The notes beneath the pieces were generated by a model that was given only the letters and a program-made list of their open reading frames with translations, ran no database searches and had not been told where the DNA came from. A DNA stretch of 63,689 bases, the filler included, from Octopus bimaculoides (taxonomy: Eukaryota), in assembly GCF_001194135.2 (NCBI RefSeq). It is 5 parts of 5 records of this genome, joined end to end, with 100 filler letters (N's around TTAATTAATTAA, not from the genome) between each part and the next. Parts side by side here need not be neighbours in the genome. Positions count along the whole stretch, not along the records: positions 11,489 to 37,603 come from NC_068986.1; positions 37,704 to 53,728 come from NC_069003.1; 3 more parts are not named here. One strand, 5' to 3'. Positions within the stretch are counted from its first letter, which is position 1; each line of letters starts with the position of its first letter. The position numbers and the translations under genes are program-made. Shown here piece after piece: positions 25,560-38,142 of this stretch.

Positions 25560-27259
25560 GTTTCAAATTATGGCACAAGTTCAGCTGAGTTTGCTGGGAG
25601 GAGAAGACGTACAACGACCTTAGTGCTTGGCTGGCACTTATTTTATTCGATCTCGAAAGGTTGAAAGACAAATGTAATCTCAGCGGTATTTGAACTCAGA
25701 AAGTTAATCCTTTAGAAGTACAACACGCATAAATAATCTTTTCTAGTGAAGGCACAAGGCCTGAAATTTTTGGGGAGGGGACTAGTCGATTACATCGATC
25801 TCGAAAAGATGAGAGGGAAATTCGACCTCGGCGGAATTTGAGCCCGGAACGTATCAGAAAACGATATACCACAATCATTTTTCTCGGTGTGCTAACAATT
25901 CTGCCAGTTCACCGAATAAAATGTTGAATGCAACAATTAGTAATTATTAAAATCTTTTCTACTATTAAAGGCACAAAACCTGAGATTTGTGGGGAGACTA
26001 ACAGTCGATTACATCGACCCCAGTGTTTCAGTGGTACTTAATTTAGCGATCCCGAAAGGATGAAAGGCAAAGTGGACCTAGGCTGAATTTGAACCGAGAA
26101 CATGAAGAGACATGGAACGCTGGTAACTATTTAACCAGGTGTGCTAACGACTCTTTTCTACTCTAGGCACAAAGTCCGAAATTTTTTAGGGGGAGGAAGC
26201 CAGTCGATTAGATCGACCCCAAAAGATGAAAGGCAAAGTCAACTTCTGCGGAATTTGAACTCAGAACGTAAAGACAGACGAAATACCTATTTCTTTACTG
26301 CCCACAAAGGGCTATACACAGAGGGGACAAACAAAGACAGACAAACGATTAACTCGATTATATCAACCCCAGTGCGTAACTGGTACTTATTTAATCGACC
26401 CCGAAAGGATGAAAGGCAAAGTCGACCTCAGCGTAATTTGAACTCAGAACGTAACGACAGACGAAATACCGTTAAGTATTTTTCCCGGCGTACTAAAAAT
26501 TCTGCCAGCTCGCCGCCTGAACAGAGCTAAATAATACAATGTGCTTGCAAATGGTATTCCACTTACAATGACGCTATTTCTAATCGCATTTTATATCTAT
26601 GCGTTATATTTTCTTTCGTAAAAACTGATCTGTTCTTTTCTTCAAGATGTATGTTACAAATTTTAAAATGAAGTAAAATATAATAACTGCACATAATTCT
26701 TCAAAAATAGTTCCGAATTTCCCATTTTTCATGCTTTCAATACCTGTAAAAGTAGTATTAATGATATAAACAGTAATGATGGATAACGTTGTTTTGCAGC
26801 GCGTTTATTTGAGCAATTATTTCGATGAATTCCTATTAAAGAAGAAAATAAATAAATGAATATACATATATATATATAAGAAATAAATAAATTGTAAAAA
26901 CTACCAGAAAGAAATGGCTGCAAAATCAAAAACAACATTTACAAAAGACTCCTTTCCACAGAGTTTACTGTGTTAACAACGAAATTGTTATCGTGAATTC
27001 TTTTGTACTCTAGGCCCAAAGCTCGAAATTTTGGGGGAAGGGACCAGTTGGTTAGATCAACCCCAGTGCGCAACTGGTACTTAATTTATGGAGCCCGAAA
27101 GGATGAAAGGCAAAGTCGATCTCGGCGAAATTTGAACTCAGAACACAAAGAAAGACGAAATACTGCTAAGCATTTCGTCCGGTGAGCTAAGGTTTCTGCC
27201 AGCTCACCGCCTTTAAGACAGACGAAATACCGCTAAACATTTCGCACGACGCGTTAACG
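25560..27259 (-). mobile_element. Cluster of at least six co-oriented family A SINEs or fragments
   Basis: TTTGAACTCAG (B box, reverse) or variants near 25690, 25838, 26088, 26257, 26438 and 27132; a partial copy at 27214-27259 runs into the gap. Confidence 0.8.
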
Positions 27260-28069
27260 NNNNNNNNNNNNNNNNNNNNNNNNNNNNNNNNNNNNNNNNN
27301 NNNNNNNNNNNNNNNNNNNNNNNNNNNNNNNNNNNNNNNNNNNNNNNNNNNNNNNNNNNNNNNNNNNNNNNNNNNNNNNNNNNNNNNNNNNNNNNNNNNN
27401 NNNNNNNNNNNNNNNNNNNNNNNNNNNNNNNNNNNNNNNNNNNNNNNNNNNNNNNNNNNNNNNNNNNNNNNNNNNNNNNNNNNNNNNNNNNNNNNNNNNN
27501 NNNNNNNNNNNNNNNNNNNNNNNNNNNNNNNNNNNNNNNNNNNNNNNNNNNNNNNNNNNNNNNNNNNNNNNNNNNNNNNNNNNNNNNNNNNNNNNNNNNN
27601 NNNNNNNNNNNNNNNNNNNNNNNNNNNNNNNNNNNNNNNNNNNNNNNNNNNNNNNNNNNNNNNNNNNNNNNNNNNNNNNNNNNNNNNNNNNNNNNNNNNN
27701 NNNNNNNNNNNNNNNNNNNNNNNNNNNNNNNNNNNNNNNNNNNNNNNNNNNNNNNNNNNNNNNNNNNNNNNNNNNNNNNNNNNNNNNNNNNNNNNNNNNN
27801 NNNNNNNNNNNNNNNNNNNNNNNNNNNNNNNNNNNNNNNNNNNNNNNNNNNNNNNNNNNNNNNNNNNNNNNNNNNNNNNNNNNNNNNNNNNNNNNNNNNN
27901 NNNNNNNNNNNNNNNNNNNNNNNNNNNNNNNNNNNNNNNNNNNNNNNNNNNNNNNNNNNNNNNNNNNNNNNNNNNNNNNNNNNNNNNNNNNNNNNNNNNN
28001 NNNNNNNNNNNNNNNNNNNNNNNNNNNNNNNNNNNNNNNNNNNNNNNNNNNNNNNNNNNNNNNNNNNNN

Positions 28070-28110
<41 letters not shown>

Positions 28111-28246
28111 GTGACGAATTGTGCGAGTATTTGAAGTACCGACGCTGCCTAACTAGTTATAATGTGATATAACTCACAAAATGAATGGCATTTGTCACTG
28201 AGCGGGGTTAAAATCATCTGCTTGAAAACAATATAGATGTTACATT

Positions 28247-28252
28247 TTTATT
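28247..28252 (-). promoter_or_regulatory. Possible polyadenylation signal for the GPCR
   Basis: AATAAA on minus about 400 nt after the stop; weak evidence in AT-rich DNA. Confidence 0.2.
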
Positions 28253-28647
28253 TCAAAAACCTTTATATGTGGAGGCTACAAGGATTACAAGAAACAATCG
28301 AAGACATCCTGTAAACGGAATAAAGTGTAGAATGTTTGTAAGCCAAATCATTCATCAATTAGTAAGTGAGATTTTTGACTACGCGGAATTTTTCATCAAG
28401 AACAAGTTATAGGTTTCTTGCCTTTGACTAAAAACATCGTGCAGAAACATTTAGGTACGATAAAATAATTCGGTCTCTCACATCACACTTCATAGTAGCA
28501 ATGTGATTACAATATTATAATCCGTTTAAAAGCAATTCCTATCTATTTGCATATTAAGTCAATAATAATCAAATAATAAAATGATTTTACTGCTTCGCCA
28601 TTATGTAATTTCTGCAAATGAATATTCTCATGAAAGATTTAAATGAC

Positions 28648-29526
28648 TTAAATTGCTGATTTAGCGACAACATTGTTTTCGCATATTCGTTTGAAAGAAT
28701 CGTCTGCTAAAAGGTTTGCCACAAGTGTTATGAATGTGAAATTCCATCTTTTATAAACAAACGCATTTAGAAAATGATGACAAAACACAGTGAACATATA
28801 CAACGTAAATGCCTTATTTGCGAACATTTCTACGTATTGGGTATATAACAATGTTACGCTTGATGTGATGATGTTCTTTATGAGTACAAAACATAATGAT
28901 GACTTACTTATCTGCCAAACGTCTACACAACAGCAAAATTTACAAATGGTTTTATAAAAGACATAAATACTGCAACAAGACATTAATATATCTGGAACAA
29001 CTAAAATTGTTGTAATAAAAATACTTGTTTCTTGTGTTTTATACTCTTGAAAGCAGACAGATAATTGCTCCGATATATCCAAGCATGAAAAGATGCTAGC
29101 TGCGACGGAAAAAATAATGATAGTTAATATAAATGTGATGGTAGGCTTCATCGCGCAAATTTTGCTATGTTTCAATGGAAAATATACACTCAGAAATGTT
29201 TGAAAGGATATAACAGTTGCTATCCATATGGAACTGATTCTAGAAACGTTCCATATGAAAGTAAATATTTTACATGTCTTCTGATTAAAATAGAAAAAAA
29301 TATTGAAGTCACTCAAATAGAAAATCTCTAATAAACAAGCAAACATGACCACTGAATCTACCACGTTTAGTGTCATCACATATAGTGGTAGTTGAGATTT
29401 GGAATTTCTCTTTTTCAAATTAGTGATAAAACACCAAATATTCATAAATATCCCAATGACGAACAATACAGCAAATACGATGGTTGCAACATTCGTAAAT
29501 CTGAAAACTCCCTGCTTATTAAACAT
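28648..29526 (-). CDS. Divergent class A (rhodopsin-like) 7TM GPCR, single coding exon, 292 aa; orphan or chemosensory-type
   Basis: Uninterrupted 292-codon ORF in AT-rich DNA with seven hydrophobic segments. TM1 GIFMN (N1.50), TM2 LNVVD (D2.50), TM3 CKIF..SSIW..ISFQTFLSVYFPLK (C3.25 and S-x-W..R-like..V-x-x-P pattern), ECL2 Cys, TM5 Pro (VVPD), TM7 NAFVY. In-frame TAA lies just upstream of the ATG. Confidence 0.88.
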   Translation of the reverse strand: MFNKQGVFRFTNVATIVFAVLFVIGIFMNIWCFITNLKKRNSKSQLPLYVMTLNVVDSVVMFACLLEIFYLSDFNIFFYFNQKTCKIFTFIWNVSRISSIWIATVISFQTFLSVYFPLKHSKICAMKPTITFILTIIIFSVAASIFSCLDISEQLSVCFQEYKTQETSIFITTILVVPDILMSCCSIYVFYKTICKFCCCVDVWQISKSSLCFVLIKNIITSSVTLLYTQYVEMFANKAFTLYMFTVFCHHFLNAFVYKRWNFTFITLVANLLADDSFKRICENNVVAKSAI

Positions 29527-29528
29527 TT

Positions 29529-29634
29529 CTTATAAATGAAAACTACTTAATTTCAACTCTTAATAAGCTGTTATATCAAATATTATTGAACAAATAATGC
29601 ACGTCTTGCGTAATATTGTTTTGTATTTACTTAC
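29529..29634 (-). other. Candidate 106-nt 5'UTR intron of the GPCR gene
   Basis: Minus strand has GTAAGT at 29634-29629 and TTTTCATTTATAAG|AA-ATG, with the acceptor 2 nt before the start codon. The spliced junction would still put TAA in frame, so the upstream exon would be non-coding. Confidence 0.4.
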
Positions 29635-30722
29635 AGAATGTACCAAAGAAAATCTCCGTAAATATCCAGTTAGTGAAAATGGTGGTAATTTATGTAATGT
29701 TTTGTAACTTGTATGCTAAAGGGACAATAATAGTTCTGTGTTTTTTTTCCTTTAAATAATCTCCAAGTCGATTTTTGCAAAATGTATCACAATTTTATAT
29801 CGTTACTCTTGATTCAACTTTCGTAGAGATATTAGGCAAGTGTTCTTGCTACAGCGCTGTTTTTATGCATGACGGTTCTCCATTTTAAGAACTATGAAAA
29901 GAAACTATATATATTCACTGGTTTTGTATAACCGTATAATTACATACGATAATATTTATTAGCAATCGCCTTCGACGGATTGACAATGCGTAAGAGAAAT
30001 CAATAAGTGGAACAGGTGTTTCTTAAAGCAAATAGAACAAAACAGGTATAAATAATCCAGTATATCTTTGGATATTTTATGACGAGAAAGTAGCTTCCAA
30101 ACAAAATCACTGACATCAGCACTGAAATAATCTACGTTCATATAAACACCCATCACAAATGAGGTTGCATTTTTGATGATAATGATGACGACGATACATT
30201 TAAATTCATCTCTATATTCATCTGTATGTCAATATTAGATAAGAAAGTAAACAAATGTTATTCTTATAGTGGGTGGTGCTAGATTTACTTTTTCCTGTTA
30301 TTATTTGTATTGGATTAGAAATTCTCTTTGTTATATCTAATCTAATTGATTAGAGTTTAACACAAGCGAACTATGTGGACAATATGACATATACATACAT
30401 ACATATATACATACATACACACACAGAGACACACACACAGACACACACACACACATACACATATATATTTATAAAACAGTGAGAGAGGCCGTTCGACAAG
30501 CAGACAGAGTAGTTCGTTTCATTTCTAAATTACTGAATTTTCATTAACATTTATATAAGAATAAATACGTGTGAGGGACTTTTCTGTTACGACGTCTCAC
30601 TAAATCAGTGATCGATAAGTGCTTTTAATAATACAATTTCACTCTAAACCAGGATGAGCCCAATATGAAATGCATGTGACTATTAAAGAAACAAAGTGGT
30701 TTGGACGACAGATGCTCAAAGC

Positions 30723-30800
<78 letters not shown>

Positions 30801-30803
<3 letters not shown>

Positions 30804-30957
30804 TGGCTGTGTGGCTGTATGTTGCTTACCAACAACATAGACCTGGATTCAGTCCCAACGTGGGGCACCTTGGGCTAGTGTTTTCTACTGTCACCTTGGA
30901 ACAACCAAAGCCTTGTGAGTAGATTTCTTAGACAGAAGCTGAAAGAATCCCGTCTTA
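30801..30957 (+). mobile_element. SINE family B, 5' half
   Basis: GAGTGGCTGTGTGG..CACCTTGGGCTAGTG..GAAAGAATCCCGTC. Confidence 0.75.
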
Positions 30958-31279
30958 TATATATGTATATACTAGCAGTGGCACCAGGCGTTGCTGGGGA
31001 ATGAAATTGTTGCTTATATACTTGAAGAAAAAACGGCAAAATATGCTGTATAGAAATTTGAGGACATTCTGTAGATGGACTCTCAGATGAATGATGGCTG
31101 GGCGCCTCTCATGAATGGGGAAAATTGAAGATGTGCCAAAAAGCCTCATTGGTACTTGGAAACTTTTACGAAAATTAAAATGGGGATTAAATGAAAAAAA
31201 TGATTTACGTGAATATCCTCACAAGAGTAATTGAAATAAATGGCGATTGTGGAAACCCCCACGCACGCACGCACGCGCG

Positions 31280-31573
31280 CACGCATACACACGTGTGTCT
31301 TTGTAAATATGTTTCTATACATTTATGTATGTGTGTGTTTGTAAGAGACAGAGTGTGAGTGAGAGAGAAAGGTTTGTTGTCATGTATACGTACATGCATA
31401 AACGTACATACATCTTTGGATGTATGCATATGACAACACAGCCCTTGACTCACTCACACTCTGTCTCTTACAAACACGCACGCATGCACATACACACGTG
31501 TGTCTTTGTAAATATTTTTGTATACATTTATGTATGTGTGTGTTTGTAAGAGACAATGTGACTGAGTCAAGGG
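31280..31573. repeat. Direct/inverted/direct local triplication
   Basis: 31335-31363 is a perfect 29-bp inverted repeat of 31449-31477; a third forward copy lies at 31540-31573; a ~70-bp direct repeat spans 31280-31350 and 31487-31556. Confidence 0.85.
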
Positions 31574-31914
31574 GTGTGTGTGTGCGTGTGTATGTGTGTG
31601 AGACAGAGTGAGAGAGCGGTGTGTATGTAGTATTTAATCTCTCTCTCATACACACGAACACACACACATACAAAATAGCTTTTTGCCATTGTCACGTCAA
31701 TACCGGAAGTTGACATTGAGGAACCTTTTTAAAGAAGTGAATTTTAATTATAAAGCAATATTATTCATTTTTAAGTAAAAAATCAAATGAAGAGCCTAAG
31801 ATTTATCCGAGGTCAAATTATTCACGCATCACAAGTATGGAAGCATTTGGTGAAGTCGATTTCACGTGAAAAACGATTACACACACATCTCTGTTTTATA
31901 TATAGTATAGATAT

Positions 31915-32100
31915 GTTTGTGTGTCTGTGCTTGTCTCCCCACCATCACTTGACAACCGATGTTGATGTGTTTAAGTCTCCGTAATATAACGGTTAACCAA
32001 AAGAGACTGATAGAACAAGTACTAGGTTTGCAAAAGTTTAAGTCCTTGAGTCGATTTGTTTGACTAAAGGCGGTACTCCAGCAGGAAACAAATAAAAGAA
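31915..32100 (+). mobile_element. SINE family B, 3' half
   Basis: TTGACAACCGATG..GACTAAAGGCGGTACTCCAGCA. Confidence 0.7.
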
Positions 32101-32949
32101 TAAATACATATATTTATATAATGTCACTATGTATGGCACTTAAATTCTAGCGCATTTCCCCAATACCCACAGCTCCATAAACAGCTTTCCCGCTTGGCTT
32201 CTAACGCTTCAAATTCCTTTTTCACTTCACTGGTTATCTTCCTTTCTTGATCGTTCTCTGGCGACTTTCTTTATTCTGATGAATGTCAAACATTCAAAAG
32301 GTTACGACACTTTGTCTTACCAATAAATCTTTAAACTAATACCATACTTCACCAAACGCTATTCCCCGCTGTATTACTTTTTTATTATTTGGTGTACTTA
32401 TATCACTCACGCATACACACACAGACGCACATATAGAAGTGAAACGCACACACGCAGGCATACACCGGTTTGTTTCCTAATACCTAATGATGTTAAGCTG
32501 TCGATATTTTGTGAACCGTGCCAGTCGCCTTAAACTTACTGACGAGCTATCGAAATAATACACATTCATAAAACTAATAAGATATCAAGCGCACACAAGA
32601 TATCATGCTTAGCCATAAGAAACTTTTCACATAAACCAGGTGTCAAAAGCACCTGTTTTTTTTTTGGCGTTCTGGTATCTTTTATATTGTATACGCTTCA
32701 GTCATTGGTGTGCGGCCATGCAGGGACACTGCCGTGAAGAATTTTAGTCGAACGAATTGAGACCTCAGTATTTTTGTCATAAGCTTGGTACTTATTCAAT
32801 CGGTAAAGTACGTTGCAATTTTGTTCCTCAACAGAGTTTAGTAGCATTAAATTTGAATCCTATAGAAATCTACGATTTGGCTTTATTTTATATTAGTTTC
32901 AATGTCTGGTATAAAGCCAATAATATCGTGACAGGAGGTAAGTCAATTA

Positions 32950-33283
32950 CATTGATACCAAGCGCCCAACTAGAACTGTTTTATCGACATCGAAAGGATT
33001 AACGGCAAAGTCGGCATCGACGAAATTTGAACCCAACGTAGAGACGGACGAAATACAACTAAACATTTCGCCCGTCGAATATCATCCCGCTCCCTTGGCT
33101 TTATTTATACTGGCACAACGCCAGCAAAATCGGGAGACGAGATAAGACGATGAGTAATCGACTCGGAAATTATGAAAAGCAAAGCCGACCTCGGCGACAT
33201 ATCGAACTGAGAATGCAAAGAAGGTCGAAGTGCCGATAAGCATTCTCTTCAGTGTATGAAAGACTATCGTAGCTTGCCGCCTT
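32950..33283 (-). mobile_element. Two degraded family A SINE copies
   Basis: GGCAAAGTCGGCATCGACGAAATTTGAAC and GCAAAGCCGACCTCGGCG..AGCTTGCCGCCTT. Confidence 0.6.
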
Positions 33284-33761
33284 ATGGGGTGAAATTTATA
33301 TTATGAACTTTAAGACTGTAGAATAAGGTAAATTACTTCCCACTCATCTCTCAATGGGTGGTGCCGTGTCATGGCGATTTAATGAGTTACAAAAAGGTAC
33401 CCAGCCTCCCTTAACAGCCGTATCACAATATCAAATGAATTTTGGTGTAGAGAGCAGCTTCTTTCTGTAGATAACATCTCAAAATACGACCGGATGTTTA
33501 TAATTTGAACGTTTGATCGTATATGTTTTCAGTCCCAATTATCTAAAGAGAGATTTCAAAAAGAAAAGCCTATTTTATCGAATTAGAGATCTATACCGTT
33601 AAAAAAACTGGAAAGAAAACAAGGAAATGTATCATATGTCATTGAATTGTATCGGGAAGCCATAGCGATGACGGAACAATTTTCGATTGTCGATAAGTAC
33701 TACATTACCAATATAAAATCTTTAAGAGACACACATTCAGTATAGCCTACTACATAGCAAA

Positions 33762-33804
<43 letters not shown>

Positions 33805-33824
33805 GTAGAAATTAATACTATTGA

Positions 33825-34446
33825 ATAACACCAATTTGAACCAGAGATCAGCATACGTAAAAGAAACGTCCGTGGATTGTGACTTATATTTGAATATAAA
33901 TAAGAGGAGAGACCACTAAATGATCTTTTGTATGCTAAAAATAGACGTCAAACTGTTCTCCCACGAAATATGTGTTCTTAAATTCGCAAGACGCTAGCTG
34001 TTTACCAGCTAGACAAATGAAACGAAATAAACATAGCACTTAATTCCCTACCTTAAGGTTTCGCCATGAATAATTTAATCATTGTCTGTGGCTCCTCAGT
34101 GAAATCGGTGCTGATGCATAACAATGGAACGGGACACCACCCATCTCTATGAGAGGATACGCGTGTATAGAATTTCTCTATCACGTATCGTAACTTCGAT
34201 TCAGACGCCCTCGTAATAGCGTGCTAAGCCAGAAAAAAATTGCAAAGAATAAAATTCATCAATGAATCAATTGGCTAGGGAACACAAATATTTAGATTTA
34301 AACAATTAATATTATCAAATGATACCAATTTGAACCAGTGGCCAGCATACGTAAACAACGTCCGAGGACTGTGAATTATATTAAAACATAAATAAGAGGA
34401 GAAACCAGTAAGTGGATCCATTCTATGCTGAAGATAGACGTCAAAC
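33825..34446 (+). repeat. Pair of diverged ~125-bp direct repeats (33825-33950 and 34320-34446) next to (TA)n; possible Penelope-like terminus
   Basis: Shared ACCAATTTGAACCAG..CAGCATACGTAAA..ATAAATAAGAGGAGA..ATAGACGTCAAAC. Confidence 0.7.
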
Positions 34447-36235
34447 CATTCAAAATTTACAACCACACCGGTAACCTTATCTTTCTATTTTCCGCTTCTA
34501 TTCATCTCACACTAACATCTCGCGTAATATGTAGCATAGATGATATTGTGTACATCAAAGCCCTTTCCGATGGAAACAGCTTCTATTTGTCTATCATATT
34601 TACCCAGTCTGAGCGACCCATACTTTTTCAACTCTATGCCCAAATAATCTGCCTAGAACACAAAATTACCGACCATGCCTATGAAATTTAAATGTCGATG
34701 GCATGCTATAATTTACAGAAAAAAATTTAATGCATATGTCTCACCGACGTAAAAAGCTTACACAGTCCACCATTCTTCGTTTAATCAAAACAAAACAACC
34801 TTCCGACCCCGCTCAACCTTCCGTACATGAAATATATAGAATCCCATTTAATACATTGCACATTTTGATACACCTATGACCTACGTGCTTAGACGAAAAG
34901 ATACGAAGTGTCTACCTGTAACAGACAATGTTATGTAAACAAGATAGACATGTTATTCCGACGCAGTCTAGATAAAACTTTTTTTATTTTTTTTTTATAA
35001 GCTGATGTAATTTACGCCATTTGCAACCATGGAAACTTTGATAAAGTTATGATGAACACCATTTTAAATTTCCATAATATCATTAAAAACACATAGAATC
35101 ATTGTGTCTAGTCAGATGTAAAATAGTATTCGATATATTTGTTCGCAACCGATCATCTTAAGATTAAATTTTCAGAATAGATATGTTTGAAATATTAATC
35201 ACATAGAAAAAAAAAAAAAGAACGCAAATCAATAGTAAAGAAATATAACATACACTATCATATGAACATTTACAATTTCGTTAATTTATATTCATTTATT
35301 TTAATAAATTCATTTATAATTCTGCAATGCCTCCCGCATATTTTAATTAATTGTAATATGAAAATCTAAATGTTTTCACGGATTTCAATTAATTGATTTC
35401 ACATTATTCATTATTTAATTACAAACAGCATTATACATTTAAATTCGTATGGAAGTGTTCATCATATATATATAAAAGATAAATGTACGTCTGTCTGCGC
35501 TGATATTTATATGTTAATATTTTTTCTCAATGGTATTTCATAGACGGTATATATATATTTTTTAACGACAGCTATAACTTTTAAAATGAATTTATTTGGG
35601 CATTTCTATAGCATGACATTTAGCTCAAAGATCAAGTCGTATCTGTTTATGACATGGTAATTTTTACACTAACTTGGTTATTGCTCAACAAAATTTTCAA
35701 ACATAGTCCGAAATAATAGTTTTTCTCTGCATTTACAAAAAGAAACTCTATATATATTCTTTAATGCCAATATTCAGTAAGCCCGGAGTCAAACATATAA
35801 GCAACATAGATGTAGGGAACAACGAAATATGGTCGTGTAAAAAGAAAAGGTTCTTTTATATGAACGCTAAACTGATCAGACTATATATGTATATATATAT
35901 AAAGGAGAAAAATTATGGTAAATAAACAAACGACATAAGGTCTACTGAATGTAAAACGAACGGCCGACAAACAGAAGGGCCGTAATTCTTCATCAGTTAT
36001 CGACCAATTGGAAATGTGCAGTTTCGCACCTTTAACGATAAAACTGAATGCTTCCCCATTTGGCGTTCCCCGGAAAAAAAGTTTTCTTGCGGAGCATTAG
36101 AGACGAGACAAAACAAAAGAAAACAAAACAACCAAAACAGCACGGAGCATGATCTAGAACCGTGGACAAGGACGACCAAAATACAGCCTTCGGGTCAAGG
36201 AGACGAAAATAGTGTGTAACGCTTAGAAAATGTCA

Positions 36236-36277
<42 letters not shown>

Positions 36278-36909
36278 NNNNNNNNNNNNNNNNNNNNNNN
36301 NNNNNNNNNNNNNNNNNNNNNNNNNNNNNNNNNNNNNNNNNNNNNNNNNNNNNNNNNNNNNNNNNNNNNNNNNNNNNNNNNNNNNNNNNNNNNNNNNNNN
36401 NNNNNNNNNNNNNNNNNNNNNNNNNNNNNNNNNNNNNNNNNNNNNNNNNNNNNNNNNNNNNNNNNNNNNNNNNNNNNNNNNNNNNNNNNNNNNNNNNNNN
36501 NNNNNNNNNNNNNNNNNNNNNNNNNNNNNNNNNNNNNNNNNNNNNNNNNNNNNNNNNNNNNNNNNNNNNNNNNNNNNNNNNNNNNNNNNNNNNNNNNNNN
36601 NNNNNNNNNNNNNNNNNNNNNNNNNNNNNNNNNNNNNNNNNNNNNNNNNNNNNNNNNNNNNNNNNNNNNNNNNNNNNNNNNNNNNNNNNNNNNNNNNNNN
36701 NNNNNNNNNNNNNNNNNNNNNNNNNNNNNNNNNNNNNNNNNNNNNNNNNNNNNNNNNNNNNNNNNNNNNNNNNNNNNNNNNNNNNNNNNNNNNNNNNNNN
36801 NNNNNNNNNNNNNNNNNNNNNNNNNNNNNNNNNNNNNNNNNNNNNNNNNNNNNNNNNNNNNNNNNNNNNNNNNNNNNNNNNNNNNNNNNNNNNNNNNNNN
36901 NNNNNNNNN

Positions 36910-37537
36910 CAAAGTTTGGCACCAATCCTTCCAGTATTTTCCATATGTATATTATTACATATCTCTCCCGCCTGCGCTCCAGGGAGTAGAGACCTAGTGC
37001 CTTCAGTCGCTCCCTGTAGTTCATCTGTTGGACTGTGGCGATCTTTTTTGTATAGTGCCGCTGAATTGCCTCGAGTTCTGCTGTCCGCTTAACACTGTGT
37101 GGTGACCACAACTGAGAGCAATAGTCTAGGCGGCTCAGAACAAATGTCTTCCACAAAGTCAACATGACTTTTTGATCCCTTGTACGGAATGTCCTCAGTA
37201 TCCACCCTGCCAGTTGTCTGCACTTTGCTGTCAACTTGATAAAGTGCATGTGACATGATGCATCACTACACATATTGATGCCCAGATCTCTTACTGTTTG
37301 TGGTTCTGGGATTGCAGTACCTCCAGGCCCTGTGTATGCTAGTTGGGAGGTACTTGTGGTCTTGTAGCGCAGTACTTGAAATTTTTTTGTATTGGACTGC
37401 ATATTATTTTGATCTGCCCACTCATATATTGCATTTAGGCCATTCTGCAGGCTTACAGTATCATCAGGATTCTTTATTGCATTAGATATCTTTGTGTTAT
37501 CAGCATAGCTAGTGACAGTGGCACTCCGAGTGACCGT
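36910..37537 (-). mobile_element. LINE reverse transcriptase C-terminal fragment, CR1/L2 group
   Basis: SYADNTK (YADD box), VRDLG, SRLDYCSQLWSP, RLKALGLYSLERRRER..WKILEG; about 200 open codons ending in the gap. Confidence 0.9.
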
Positions 37538-37603
37538 ATATATATTTACATTTATATATATATATGTATATATACACATATATATACATATATGTATATA
37601 TAT

Positions 37604-37703
37604 NNNNNNNNNNNNNNNNNNNNNNNNNNNNNNNNNNNNNNNNNNNNTTAATTAATTAANNNNNNNNNNNNNNNNNNNNNNNNNNNNNNNNNNNNNNNNN
37701 NNN
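37604..37703. other. Scaffolding spacer N44-TTAATTAATTAA-N44
   Basis: Same 100-bp structure. Confidence 0.95.
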
Positions 37704-37873
37704 TTATTTAATCGACCCTGAAAGTATGAAAGGCAAAGTCGACCTCGACGGAATTTGAACTCAGAACATAGCCGCAGACGAAATACCGCTAAGCATTTCG
37801 CCCGCCGTGCTAACGTTTCTGCCAGCTCACTGCCTCAATGCCAATCATAACAATAGTAGCAGCAGTAGCAGTA

Positions 37874-37929
<56 letters not shown>

Positions 37930-38142
37930 CTTTTCTACTCTAGGCACAAGGCCTGAAATTTTGGGGGAGGAGACGAGAAGATTACATCAATCCCAATGTT
38001 TCACTGGTATTTAATTTATCAACCCTGAGAGGATGAAAGGCAAGGTCAACCTTAGCAGAATTTGAACTCAGAATGTAAGGACAGATGAAATGCCACTAAG
38101 CATTTCGCCCAGTGTGCTAATGATTCTGCCAGCTTGCCATCT
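37704..38142 (-). mobile_element. Two family A SINEs separated by (AAT)n; the first is CpG-rich, the second CpG-decayed
   Basis: Copies at 37704-37835 and 37930-38142. Confidence 0.85.

Noticed and set aside
32539-32560. Exact hammerhead core CTGACGA-GCTATC-GAAA
   Set aside because: No stem I pairing and only a marginal stem III; could be chance.
35955-36030. CTGATGA on minus with a nearby ACGGCC/GGCCGT stem
   Set aside because: The stem is followed by GTTTT, not GAAA, and the upstream GAAAC cannot close stems I and III.
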